Source: an uncultured virus (IMG/VR IMGVR_UViG_3300011741_000001) | Lineage: Duplodnaviria > Heunggongvirae > Uroviricota > Caudoviricetes | Direction: 5' to 3' (one strand) | IMG/VR virus record: IMGVR_UViG_3300011741_000001 | Location: 62,001-126,000 of that record | Length of the DNA: 64,000 bases | Shown here: positions 48,291-57,832 of the stretch, piece by piece | How positions within the stretch are numbered: position 1 is the stretch's first letter | How the letters are laid out: each line of letters starts with the position of its first letter | Position numbers and translations under genes: made by a program | Notes under the pieces: generated by a model | Seen by the model: only the letters and a program-made list of their open reading frames with translations | What the model was told of the DNA's origin: nothing | The model's database searches: none

Positions 48291-48860
48291 TTAGTTGACT
48301 TCGTACTGATAGCGTGCCACTTCATAGTTCATGGCCGCGAGGTGAACGTGGTTCTTTTCAATCTCGTTGGCAGAGAAACCCACGAGTTGGATTTGGTAGT
48401 TGTAGGGCTCTGTGCTGTTGCGAATGTTCCGCAGACGCTTCTTCAGATTGCTGCCTACCGGGATATCAATTTTCATGGGAATCACACCCAAGCTCGCTTT
48501 CGGGCTGCGGTACACGGTGCTCAGGCGATTACCACCCGCTACCTCACACCACGCCGGCATGTCCACAACCAGTAATCCGGAGTTGTACTCTTTTACGTAG
48601 TCTTCAAAAATGTCCACCGGCAACGATGGCGCAAAGTTCCCAACGCAGGTCAGGACAGTCACAATCACGTTCGGGTGCATTTCGACCAGTAACGTGAGAA
48701 TCGTTTCCCCTTCGGTCACCACGGCTAATCGTCCCTTGCCCGGCCCGACCTGTTGTTCCAAGTTGTGCAGGTTAATGTCAAGGTTCAGTTCAGCGAAATG
48801 CTCTTTAAAAGCCGCAATGGTGGGGAAGCGTTGAATTTTCATTAGAGACTCCGTAATCAT
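48291..48860 (-). CDS. Hypothetical protein
   Basis: 189 aa. Confidence 0.65.
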   Translation of the reverse strand: MITESLMKIQRFPTIAAFKEHFAELNLDINLHNLEQQVGPGKGRLAVVTEGETILTLLVEMHPNVIVTVLTCVGNFAPSLPVDIFEDYVKEYNSGLLVVDMPAWCEVAGGNRLSTVYRSPKASLGVIPMKIDIPVGSNLKKRLRNIRNSTEPYNYQIQLVGFSANEIEKNHVHLAAMNYEVARYQYEVN

Positions 48861-48913
48861 TTTTTTTATTTGCTATGCGAAAAAAAGGGAACCCGAAGGT
48901 TCCCGGTACTGCT

Positions 48914-49606
48914 TTATTCTACTGCGTTATGTTTGCGAACAACTAAATCGGCAATCAGTAACAGCTGCTGACCATGAACTTTGTACTCTGTCCAACCACT
49001 CTCAACCAAATACTGGCCGAGCATGTCCAGACGCATCGCCATCGGTAACTCAGTCAGTCCATTCATGCGTGTGGTTTTAGAAGGCATTAACCACGCCGGG
49101 TCATTTGGGGTACGTTCGTTGACATCCGGTACACTACAAATTTCCCACTGGGTGCGATCTTGCAGATTGACGAAGCCCTCGAAGTGACGTTGCATGGTTG
49201 GACCGGTGGTGTTGAATTGGGTGATATTGATCATCACGCCAAACGACGGCACACCTTTCACTTCCACTTTGCAGTACGCCGCTGACACCGTAACCTGTGA
49301 ACTCTCGTTGAGAAGACGGTTGATTTCTTCCGTCATCGGTACCGACACCGCGCGCTGTACCTCCGCTAAGTCTTCGTACTGGCTCAACAACTTCACGTTG
49401 TTACGGGACAGCACTTTGCCGTACATCACTTTTTGCAACCACATTGGCAGGAGCGGGCGTAAACAGCGCGATGCTTTATCCCAGTTGGTTTCCATGCACG
49501 GAAAGAATTCCATCACATCGTACGTGCCACCAAAAGGCCCACGCACAGTTTTCTCGGTCATGAATGCTTTGTTACCGCCGATGTTGTATCCGTTGTTGTC
49601 TGACAT
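48914..49606 (-). CDS. Hypothetical protein
   Basis: ATG at 49606 with GAGGA RBS. Confidence 0.7.
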   Translation of the reverse strand: MSDNNGYNIGGNKAFMTEKTVRGPFGGTYDVMEFFPCMETNWDKASRCLRPLLPMWLQKVMYGKVLSRNNVKLLSQYEDLAEVQRAVSVPMTEEINRLLNESSQVTVSAAYCKVEVKGVPSFGVMINITQFNTTGPTMQRHFEGFVNLQDRTQWEICSVPDVNERTPNDPAWLMPSKTTRMNGLTELPMAMRLDMLGQYLVESGWTEYKVHGQQLLLIADLVVRKHNAVE

Positions 49607-49679
49607 AAGTGTATCCTCAATAAGCAACTAACCTCCAACCCAACACGATTGTGGGGTTTAGGAAACGTTAGTGCACAAT

Positions 49680-49697
49680 GATGATATCTATCTGTAT
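49680..49697 (-). promoter_or_regulatory. Putative early phage promoter
   Basis: ATACAGATAGATATCATC. Confidence 0.55.
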
Positions 49698-50119
49698 TAT
49701 TTTCGAAGTTCCAACGGCAGTACCGCTAACGCATCAATCACCCGGTACTCGTCGGCGTCGACCGGACAGGCCACTAACACAATGTGTACCCGACACCCAA
49801 ACCCGTCCACCGGGTGGTCAGCCACCGTGACGTTAATCGTCGGACGTACCGCCATCCCGGTTGCCAGCATCCCCTCGATTTCCATCTGGCGCTCTAACTG
49901 CTCGAGGTGCGGGTGGTGCACGGTAATCGGGGGTCGATCACTTTCCCACGTGAAGTTACTGACGTGCGGGTAAAAGTTATTCCCGTAACTCGCTCTCCCT
50001 ATCGGTAGCACCCGATAGTCGGGGACGTACTCCATTAAGTAATGGTCAGTGAACACCCGCATCACTTCGTCGGCGTTTAACATCCTCACTGCTTCTTCGA
50101 AGTCTTTTGCGTGTTGCAT
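49697..50119 (-). CDS. Hypothetical protein
   Basis: ATG at 50119 with GAGG RBS. Confidence 0.65.
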   Translation of the reverse strand: MQHAKDFEEAVRMLNADEVMRVFTDHYLMEYVPDYRVLPIGRASYGNNFYPHVSNFTWESDRPPITVHHPHLEQLERQMEIEGMLATGMAVRPTINVTVADHPVDGFGCRVHIVLVACPVDADEYRVIDALAVLPLELRK

Positions 50120-50289
50120 ATTGCCTCTCGTTTTCAAGAATAAAGGAAGTCGGATTCGTACCTCATCCTCCGCTCACTCAAAGGGTATACACATAGCCCC
50201 CTACCCCCCTGTGTACCTAATACCCGCACACTACAATGGCGAATACGTAAAAAAGGAGTGCTTATCAGTATGACTATCAGGAGACCGCC

Positions 50290-51222
50290 ATGAACAATAG
50301 CATGTTGAAGTTCTATTCCCTGGGGATAGTCGCCAAAGACAAACCAGCCGGTACCAACTACGCTGACGTTATCCCCATTGAAATAAACTTCATGAAACCT
50401 ACCGCGGTCGATGCCACCGAGACCGAGACCGAAGTCAGTCACCAGAACAACGGGGCTACCGACACGTTCAAAATCAAACGGGGTAACTCCATCAAAGCCC
50501 GGTGGTGGCATGAGAACACCAACCGGAAAACCTCCCCGGATGTGTGCCGTGAAGACCAAGTGTTAATCCTGCAACTCGGCGACACGGACATTTTCTTCTG
50601 GACGGACCTGGACACCTCCAACGTCAAACGTCTGGAAAACGTCATCTATGCGTGGGCGGCTGACCCCACTAACCAGATGGCCGATGACTTCTCCAACGCC
50701 TACGTGCTGAACGTCTCCTCAAAGGAAGGCCACATCACCCTGCGCACCACGATGCTCAACGGTGAGAAAGCCTCGTTCATTCACCAGTTCAATTTACGTG
50801 ACGGAACGTGGGTATGTCAGGATCACAAAGGCAACAAATACTGGATTAACTCGCCTGAGGACGACGTTGGCTTTGAGAACGCGATGAACTCCAAAGTCAA
50901 CGCGAACAAAGAAGACATCTTCATGTTCTCGAAGCGGTCGATTAATCTGGAAAGTAAACTCATCAGTGAGAAATGTGAACAACGCGTCTCCAACGCGACC
51001 AGTAGCATGAAGTGGACCACCAAAGACTGGCTCACGACTTCACCGGTGTCGACGTTCAAAGGCCCGCTGGAAGTCACCACCGACTTCAAATACGGCGGGG
51101 TCGGCGAGGGTGTCGGCACCTTCACCGTCAGCGAAGCAGTTATCGCCAATGTCACGTTCTCTGGGCACACGCACAAAGAGCAGGGCGACGGCAACAACGT
51201 TGGCAAACCTACTAATGGCTAA
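50290..51222 (+). CDS. Baseplate central spike protein (gpV / phiKZ gp138-like)
   Basis: N-terminal OB-like region (SPDVCREDQV), beta-repeat body, C-terminal HxH tip SGHTHKEQGDG. Confidence 0.75.
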   Translation: MNNSMLKFYSLGIVAKDKPAGTNYADVIPIEINFMKPTAVDATETETEVSHQNNGATDTFKIKRGNSIKARWWHENTNRKTSPDVCREDQVLILQLGDTDIFFWTDLDTSNVKRLENVIYAWAADPTNQMADDFSNAYVLNVSSKEGHITLRTTMLNGEKASFIHQFNLRDGTWVCQDHKGNKYWINSPEDDVGFENAMNSKVNANKEDIFMFSKRSINLESKLISEKCEQRVSNATSSMKWTTKDWLTTSPVSTFKGPLEVTTDFKYGGVGEGVGTFTVSEAVIANVTFSGHTHKEQGDGNNVGKPTNG

Positions 51223-51234
51223 GAGGACTCAACT

Positions 51235-51393
51235 ATGGACGCTCAGGCGCAACACAAAGCCCGTGTCGATAAGTTGTGTTTACAACTACCCCACCGTACC
51301 CGCAAGGGTATTGAGTGTGCACTGCGCAACCCGACACGCTACTGGCAGCTGATGAAGCAGATTCGGGCGTGTGAGACACCCCTCGTCAATTAA
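51235..51393 (+). CDS. 52-aa hypothetical protein
   Basis: GAGGA RBS; MDAQAQHKARVDKLCLQL...ETPLVN*, translated by hand. Confidence 0.55.
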   Translation: MDAQAQHKARVDKLCLQLPHRTRKGIECALRNPTRYWQLMKQIRACETPLVN

Positions 51394-51543
51394 GGAGCGA
51401 ATTATGTTTATTGGCTACGGCGAAGGTTGAAAAAATACAGATGGTCTCTGTAGTGTGACGAACCCGTCGAAGGCTACACAGCGTAGCACTAAACTTAACT
51501 CGTCGCTTGCATAGCCACTTTTTTCAGCGAAAAAGATGCAAGC

Positions 51544-51581
51544 AGTCCCTACTCCTCACGGGGTAGGGACTCTTATTTTTT
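51544..51581 (+). terminator. Intrinsic terminator
   Basis: AGTCCCTACTCC-TCAC-GGGGTAGGGACT plus T-run. Confidence 0.8.
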
Positions 51582-51662
51582 ACAGGGTTGCTGTTTTGTT
51601 ATGCAGGAAAGGGATGTGCGGCATTGGGCCGTATCTATCTTGTACCCTACTAGGAGACGAAC

Positions 51663-51911
51663 ATGTCAAACGTTAAAGTATTCCAGTCTGGTGAAGAAGT
51701 AGGTCCTGAGTATCAGGAAATCGGCCACGTGTCAGTTTCTGGTCAGGCTACTGTTGACGACGCAACCAATGCGTTGGTCAAAGAAGCGGAAGAGAAAGGT
51801 GCTGATGCACTGAAAATTACTGCGGTCGGCGGCGATAACAAGCTGCACGGCAACGGTGTGATCTATCAGCTGTCTCAGGGTTCTGATTCAGCCGAAGACG
51901 ACGCGGAGTAA
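51663..51911 (+). CDS. DUF1471 (YdgH/BhsA/McbA-like) protein without signal peptide
   Basis: IGHVSVSG..DDATNALVKEAEEKGADALKITAVGGDNKLHGNGVIY. Confidence 0.75.
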   Translation: MSNVKVFQSGEEVGPEYQEIGHVSVSGQATVDDATNALVKEAEEKGADALKITAVGGDNKLHGNGVIYQLSQGSDSAEDDAE

Positions 51912-51978
51912 TCCGCCCGCCCTACCCTTTCGGGGGTAGGGCAGTTGACTATTTCATCCATGCAACAGGAGAGCTATC

Positions 51979-52650
51979 ATGGAAGCATTTGATAAAGTAA
52001 GTGACGTAGATCTGGACAAATACACCGAACACACCCGTGTAGTTAAATCGGGTCAGACCGTGTTGCAGACTGAAGCCGCATTAGCACGTGCTGCTGAAGA
52101 CTTCGGCGCGACTGCTTACGCTATCGTGGGTTTCTCTGGCGGTAATGGCTGGACCGGTGAAGCGGTACTGTATCGCGACAACCGTGAAAAGTCGTACGAA
52201 TACGCGACTGTGGCTGAAGCGCAAGCGGCGGAAAAAGAGCAGGCTGACAAGCAAGCGGCGTACGAGAAAGAGCACGCTGAGCGTCACCCTGAACAGCAGA
52301 ACGATCCGACCGCCATCGGTTCCGACCATGCCGGCAAAGACGGTGACAACACCGACGGTTCTACCGGAACAGGCACTGACACCGGTACTGGCACCCAGAC
52401 CACTGGCGCAGGTAACGAAGTGTCCCCGTCCACGGGCGCAACCCAGCCAGCTGATGACACCACTGCAACCGCGAACCAGACCAACGATGCCAACAGCACC
52501 CCAGGCGCTGCCGGTAATCTGTCTGGCGACTCCACCACTGGCCAGCAGGGTACCACTACCACTGCTAACCAGGACGTTGCTGAAAACAAATCTGGTACGG
52601 CTTCTGACGCTTCTGAGTCTGATTCCGATTCAGACGAAAGCAAGCAATAA
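51979..52650 (+). CDS. DUF1471-like domain fused to a long low-complexity Thr/Gly/Asp tail
   Basis: EAALARAAEDFGATAYAIVG..WTGEAVLYR; AGGAG RBS. Confidence 0.65.
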   Translation: MEAFDKVSDVDLDKYTEHTRVVKSGQTVLQTEAALARAAEDFGATAYAIVGFSGGNGWTGEAVLYRDNREKSYEYATVAEAQAAEKEQADKQAAYEKEHAERHPEQQNDPTAIGSDHAGKDGDNTDGSTGTGTDTGTGTQTTGAGNEVSPSTGATQPADDTTATANQTNDANSTPGAAGNLSGDSTTGQQGTTTTANQDVAENKSGTASDASESDSDSDESKQ

Positions 52651-52656
52651 AAGTAA

Positions 52657-52692
52657 TGCTGTCTCCCTAGGGAGACAGCACTCTTCTTTTTT
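52657..52692 (+). terminator. Intrinsic terminator
   Basis: TGCTGTCTCC-CTAG-GGAGACAGCA plus T-rich tail. Confidence 0.75.
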
Positions 52693-52795
52693 ACGCGACA
52701 GGGGATCTTTATGTGGGGATATGTTTGGATGACGCCAGATAAGACCCATAAACACGCGTAAAGTACGAGCTTGACATGCGCCTCAGGTTGAGGTT

Positions 52796-52829
52796 CCCCA
52801 TCTCTTCGGAGATGGGGTCTTTTTTTTTT
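52796..52829 (+). terminator. Intrinsic terminator
   Basis: CCCCATCTC-TTCG-GAGATGGGG plus T-run. Confidence 0.75.
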
Positions 52830-54084
52830 ATTTGCGTGCTTTCAGTCGGGTCATTTTCACCTGCACTTTTCGCCATGCTTTGTCGGTGGCGATAGGTTGG
52901 GCGTCGTTGACCACGGTGGTCTGTTTCCAGCGTTGATGATTGGCAAGCAACGTCGGGCGGGGCAGTTCGGTGGTGTGGAATGTCCACTCCCCTTCTTCCC
53001 ACGTTGGCCAGTAATCCACGGCTTTCCCGAAATCGTTGAACAGTGGCCCCAGTGGCAACAGGGAGTCAATGTCATTCGGGTCACGGTGGTGGAAACGGCC
53101 GTACGATGCAGCGTGGTTCAACGCCACGTCATCACGTTCCAGATACGGGTTGTCAATTACCACCATAAACGAACTCGGGTGATTCAACAGCGCCTGTAAC
53201 GTGGCAGAGGAAATCAACCGGTAAGTCGAGGTTGGTACCGAGAGGTCACTGAGACCGAGGTCATCCCAGTTATAGTAGCGATTGGTTTCGTGTACCAGTT
53301 TCAACACGTCCAGATTTGGCAGACTCAGCATCACGGCTTTGTCAGCAAAATAGAACTCCGGTTTCAACCAATGCAGAATCCCACCGATAACAAAGGCCAC
53401 GGTTTTCCCGGTGATGCTCTCCGGTAACGTCACCATCAGACGACTGTAGTAGTCGCGGGTTTCGTCCAAGCGGTTCACCGTGAGGCCAGACAACGGATAC
53501 GTCCGCAGGTCGCCGATGTCATTAAACACCAGACACCCGATAGACGTTTCGTTCGACCGTTGCACGATACTCCCGGCGCTGTTGAGGCGTACCCCCACAC
53601 CATCCGACTGGTGCGAGACCCACTGTCCGTTGACCGAGTACAGTACGTTGTCCCGGTACCGATCCCGGTATTGCTCGTCCAGCACCACCACGACATCGGT
53701 GGCGTCTTCCAGTGCGAAATCCTGCGTGTAGTGATAGTTCGGCGGACACAGGTACGCTTGCGGCTGGAAGTCACAGAACAGCGACTGGTAATGCGCAAAG
53801 TTCCACGCCAGTTCCGGGTAGCCGTCTTTTAAGGTGCTGATGCTTTGCCCGGCCAGTGTGTTCAGATACGCCTGCAAGGTGTCTGTGCGCATCTGCAAAT
53901 CGGCAAGGTGATAATTGGTGAAAAAGGTGTATTCGTGACCGAGCGATTCCAACCCCACCTCGATGGTTTGGTAGTCGGCCACCAGTAGATTCAAAGGGCG
54001 AGACACGTCCACCGTTTCCCAACGACGGGACGTACGGTTGAAGCCAAAGGCACGGTCTGCCTGTACGTTATACACAGCGTCCAC
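52828..54084 (-). CDS. Probable virion structural protein (phiKZ-like)
   Basis: 418 aa; GTG start with GAGGA RBS; LYSVNG and FVIGG.LH motifs; structural gene context. Confidence 0.6.
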   Translation of the reverse strand: MDAVYNVQADRAFGFNRTSRRWETVDVSRPLNLLVADYQTIEVGLESLGHEYTFFTNYHLADLQMRTDTLQAYLNTLAGQSISTLKDGYPELAWNFAHYQSLFCDFQPQAYLCPPNYHYTQDFALEDATDVVVVLDEQYRDRYRDNVLYSVNGQWVSHQSDGVGVRLNSAGSIVQRSNETSIGCLVFNDIGDLRTYPLSGLTVNRLDETRDYYSRLMVTLPESITGKTVAFVIGGILHWLKPEFYFADKAVMLSLPNLDVLKLVHETNRYYNWDDLGLSDLSVPTSTYRLISSATLQALLNHPSSFMVVIDNPYLERDDVALNHAASYGRFHHRDPNDIDSLLPLGPLFNDFGKAVDYWPTWEEGEWTFHTTELPRPTLLANHQRWKQTTVVNDAQPIATDKAWRKVQVKMTRLKARK

Positions 54085-54153
54085 AGGCGAATTCCTCTAA
54101 GGGTGAAGGTCATAGTATGAACTCGACGACCCTCGATTTGTAAGGAGTGTATA

Positions 54154-57100
54154 ATGGCAGTCGTCTTTGACCCACATCAGAAAGAAGACGGGAATTTAAT
54201 CCCTTTAGAAGCGGTAACTCCCGTAGGTTCGAAGTACCGATTGCTCATTCCTGCTAACGGTCCTTTCTATTCCGGATCGGTAGTGTTGACCTCCAATGAC
54301 AAACCGATGACCTACGGTGCAGACTACGTGTTTGCGCACCGTTATTTAACCGGCGTCACCCGAACGGGCCGTAACATTCACGGCAGTATCTGGATTATCA
54401 ATGACGCGCTCGTCAACAACTTTAAAATGACTTCCCATGCGGTGGGTTGCGGGACAGCGACAGCGGCTCAGATAGCGGCTGAACGCGCCAAAAACGAACC
54501 GTTGAAATACCCCACGGATTGTCAGTGGGAAGAAGTCATTGGCGAAGTGTATTTCCCACCTGTCGATGTCCAGTTTGACCGGGACAACTGGCAGGGCGAA
54601 CGGGAGTTAATGGACAAAATCGCAGCCATCGGTAAAAAGATTGCTGAGAAGCCCAAACTCCCCGACCCGTTTACCACCAACGACTACACCAGTATTGGTA
54701 TCAGTGACTACTATACCCGCAACGAGTTAGTGTATCAAAATGACTTGTCGTGGCTCGTGAAAAAGAAGCCCACATCTGCGGTGTCTTTGAGCACAGGTAT
54801 CAGTGAGGAAGGGTACATTGGGGATTACCGTTTAATCGCCAACTATAACCTGCCAAGTCTGGTCAACCAAATCACCGTCATTAACTTCGATCTGCGGTTA
54901 CGCAGTTTCTGGGGCAGTGGCTTTGTGGGGTTGTCGCTGCGTTTCGTCGACGGGGATTTGAAATTCCAGTTGTCGGTACCGGATGGCATCAAGACCAAAT
55001 ACATCACACTGGCCAGCGCCGGCACCGACCGGTCGATGTTCAGTAAACCGTTCACCGTCACGGTCATCAACAGCGTGACGCATGACACGGTGAGTGTGGT
55101 GGTTGAACGCGCGGGTGTGATTCTGATGAACACCTCCGTGGACATCAATAACCCACCGGCTGCCTTAGCCGCGGATTGGCTGACGTACAACGTCAAAGCC
55201 AAACTGGCTGGCCGCAACACCGATATTCGCCAATACTTCGACGTCGGGGTGAATGACACCTTCTCGTACAACGACTTCCCCGGCTACCACTACAGCGCAG
55301 ACGACCGCGCTCAGGTACTGGCGTTGTTGAAAGACTACGCAGAAATCGTGAACGAGCTCTATCGCGGTGCTCCGGCACACGCGCATATCCTCGATAAGAA
55401 CGACCCGCACGAAGACACCCCCGGTTCCATTAATGCACTGCCGTTAAACGATGTTGCATTCGATGCGGCCAAAGTCTTTGGTTACACCCAGCCCCAGCTT
55501 ACTGATTACGTGAATGGTCTGCTGCCGAAGCTGAGCAGCCTGTCCAACCGTATTCTGCGTGTCGGGGTGAACACCCCGGTACCGGGTGCGTTTACCATGC
55601 AACCCGGCTTAGGCCAAATTTCCTCGACCTCTCAGGCGAACGAGACCGCGGGTGTGGAAACGCTGGGTACCGTGGACGACAAAATGATTCGTCTGTTGTC
55701 CAAGACCTATCAGCGTCACGTCACCACCGGCGACATCACAGCGAAGTCCGGGGCCAACAAACTGGTACTCTACAGCGACAACCGCGGATTGCAGTGGAAC
55801 AACAAACAACTGCTTGACCCTATCACGGTGATTCCGTATCTGCCGGGTGTGAGTGCAGGTGGGGATGGGTTGTTCTACGGGGAGAACACCACCACATTCA
55901 CGATGAATGGCAACGGTATTAGTACCGTACCATTCACTGTGCAGTGGCTGGCTCCGTCAAATGCAAACCGTGACACCTCGGCGATGCGCAGGCTGACCAC
56001 CGATTTCGGTACCTCTGACGATCTGATGGCGACACCGAGTCTCCTGAAGAAACTCAATGCCCTGTTCACCGGGAAGCTGCTGCTGAATAAAGCCACCATT
56101 AACGGTCTGGCGTTGTCCAGCTCGGTGACGCTCGATAAACTGACCTTTGGCTTAGGCAACGTGTCGAACGTGGCCGATACTGCGCTGCAAATCTCGACCC
56201 TGCAACAGCAGGAACTGGATAAGTACGCGGACGTAGGCCACACGCACACCCCAGCACAGTTGGGTGTGGTGCAAGCCACGGACAAAGTGAAAGGGTTGGT
56301 GAAGATCGGCGGGCTGGTAGACGACGCTACAGTAGCGCTCGATGCCGGTACCGTTATCGCGTTAGTGGATCGCACCAGTAAGCTTTCTACGGCAGCAGGG
56401 AACGTTGATTCGGGTGCCGTGATTGATATCATTCGCTACGGGGAACCGGGTAACGCGGTGATTGCCAATGCCGTGACAGCGACGGGCTGGATGGTGAGTA
56501 TCAAGGCGGGGAAATATTTCGTTCGTCAACGTTTTGATATTCCGCTGGGGAGTTTTAACCTGACGGAACTGTCCAGTGCCCCTTCCAACAAAACCTATTA
56601 CGTGTACGCTGACGTCGTGAACAACGCCGGCCAGTATCGCGTGAGTGCCACCCGGTTAACCGAGTCCGATACCCTGACAGAAATTGGTAGCTTCACCACC
56701 AACGACTCCACGGTGTCGGATTCCACGGTACGTAACGTCACCCGTCTGGGGGACTTCCGTGAGATGGTTGACCACGTGGCGGCACTGAACGACCACACCC
56801 ACCGCGCACAGACACAGGCGGAGTTTGGCTTTACCTTTAATACTCAGGGTGAAGAGTTCAGTGGTGGGGCGAAGGGGGTGTTACGTCGGGATGCGGATTG
56901 GCGCGCGCGGGGCATCAACGGGATGCGTTCGCGTGAGAACGTGAAGTGGAGTGCGTTCGGGTCGTACACCGGGTTTGTGTTCCAACCCGCGGGGGTGAAT
57001 GCAGCAGACCATTTACTGATGCAGAACATCTCCCCGAACTACGGCATGAGCGACACCAGTATCACCTTCTCACCGTACGGTATCACGGGTAACGATGACA

Positions 57101-57822
57101 CCCTGTTGGAGCTGATGGCGTTGGGGTTCTACGACAAAGCCGGGAACTTTAACCGTTTCTCGTTACTGGTCAGCAAATCCAACTACCTTACTGACGTGAA
57201 CGGCAACGCCTCGTATGTGGGGTTTGCGGTCAACTACGGCAGTCCGAAGCAGATCATCGTCGCAGCCGCTGCGACGCCGGTGAACCCTACCCTGAGCTGG
57301 GCGGACATCAATGCCCGTTGTGTGATGCTGGCGACCACGTCGGTGTTGTCGTGGGGTGTGGATGTACCGACGCGGTTGAATGTGAATTACAACCTCGCAA
57401 CGGAAACCATCACCTTTGGGTCGGAGTCCATTAACCTGACTGCACGTTTGGACGCGGCAGGGATTGACCGTTCACTGATGCGTACGGCAGACCTGAAGCG
57501 TTACTTCGGGTGTGGTGGGAGTTTCAGCGGCGTGTTTAACCTCGGAATTGCGGTTCCGGCCACGATGAACGACACCAACGTTTACAACACGCTCCCTTCC
57601 TTTATGGAGCAGCACTCGGCATTGAACCGGGTGCGGATTGTAGAAGGGGTGTTGACCACGGCAATGCTGGCGATGACCGATACGCAGTTGCGTACTGCCA
57701 TTGTGCAGGCCGGGATCGGGAATCACTACGGTGGGATTCCGAAGTTCATCTCGACAGCCGACCTCATCCTTTATACCGACAAAGTGAATAAGCGCTACAC
57801 CGCTGTGGTGATACGCGACTAA
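54154..57822 (+). CDS. Tail-fibre-like virion structural protein, paralogue A
   Basis: 1222 aa; GPFY..GADY N-terminal domain; NDPH, GLGNVSNVAD, HTH and KGLVK fibre motifs. Confidence 0.7.
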   Translation: MAVVFDPHQKEDGNLIPLEAVTPVGSKYRLLIPANGPFYSGSVVLTSNDKPMTYGADYVFAHRYLTGVTRTGRNIHGSIWIINDALVNNFKMTSHAVGCGTATAAQIAAERAKNEPLKYPTDCQWEEVIGEVYFPPVDVQFDRDNWQGERELMDKIAAIGKKIAEKPKLPDPFTTNDYTSIGISDYYTRNELVYQNDLSWLVKKKPTSAVSLSTGISEEGYIGDYRLIANYNLPSLVNQITVINFDLRLRSFWGSGFVGLSLRFVDGDLKFQLSVPDGIKTKYITLASAGTDRSMFSKPFTVTVINSVTHDTVSVVVERAGVILMNTSVDINNPPAALAADWLTYNVKAKLAGRNTDIRQYFDVGVNDTFSYNDFPGYHYSADDRAQVLALLKDYAEIVNELYRGAPAHAHILDKNDPHEDTPGSINALPLNDVAFDAAKVFGYTQPQLTDYVNGLLPKLSSLSNRILRVGVNTPVPGAFTMQPGLGQISSTSQANETAGVETLGTVDDKMIRLLSKTYQRHVTTGDITAKSGANKLVLYSDNRGLQWNNKQLLDPITVIPYLPGVSAGGDGLFYGENTTTFTMNGNGISTVPFTVQWLAPSNANRDTSAMRRLTTDFGTSDDLMATPSLLKKLNALFTGKLLLNKATINGLALSSSVTLDKLTFGLGNVSNVADTALQISTLQQQELDKYADVGHTHTPAQLGVVQATDKVKGLVKIGGLVDDATVALDAGTVIALVDRTSKLSTAAGNVDSGAVIDIIRYGEPGNAVIANAVTATGWMVSIKAGKYFVRQRFDIPLGSFNLTELSSAPSNKTYYVYADVVNNAGQYRVSATRLTESDTLTEIGSFTTNDSTVSDSTVRNVTRLGDFREMVDHVAALNDHTHRAQTQAEFGFTFNTQGEEFSGGAKGVLRRDADWRARGINGMRSRENVKWSAFGSYTGFVFQPAGVNAADHLLMQNISPNYGMSDTSITFSPYGITGNDDTLLELMALGFYDKAGNFNRFSLLVSKSNYLTDVNGNASYVGFAVNYGSPKQIIVAAAATPVNPTLSWADINARCVMLATTSVLSWGVDVPTRLNVNYNLATETITFGSESINLTARLDAAGIDRSLMRTADLKRYFGCGGSFSGVFNLGIAVPATMNDTNVYNTLPSFMEQHSALNRVRIVEGVLTTAMLAMTDTQLRTAIVQAGIGNHYGGIPKFISTADLILYTDKVNKRYTAVVIRD

Positions 57823-57832
57823 GGAGACAAGA

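Noticed and set aside
50170..50230. Hairpin with a G-rich loop on the minus strand (possible G-quadruplex or ncRNA)
   Set aside because: Only two long G-runs and a single stem; not enough to support a call.
51349..51380. CTGATGA hammerhead-like core
   Set aside because: No stem II followed by GAAA; lies inside a small ORF.
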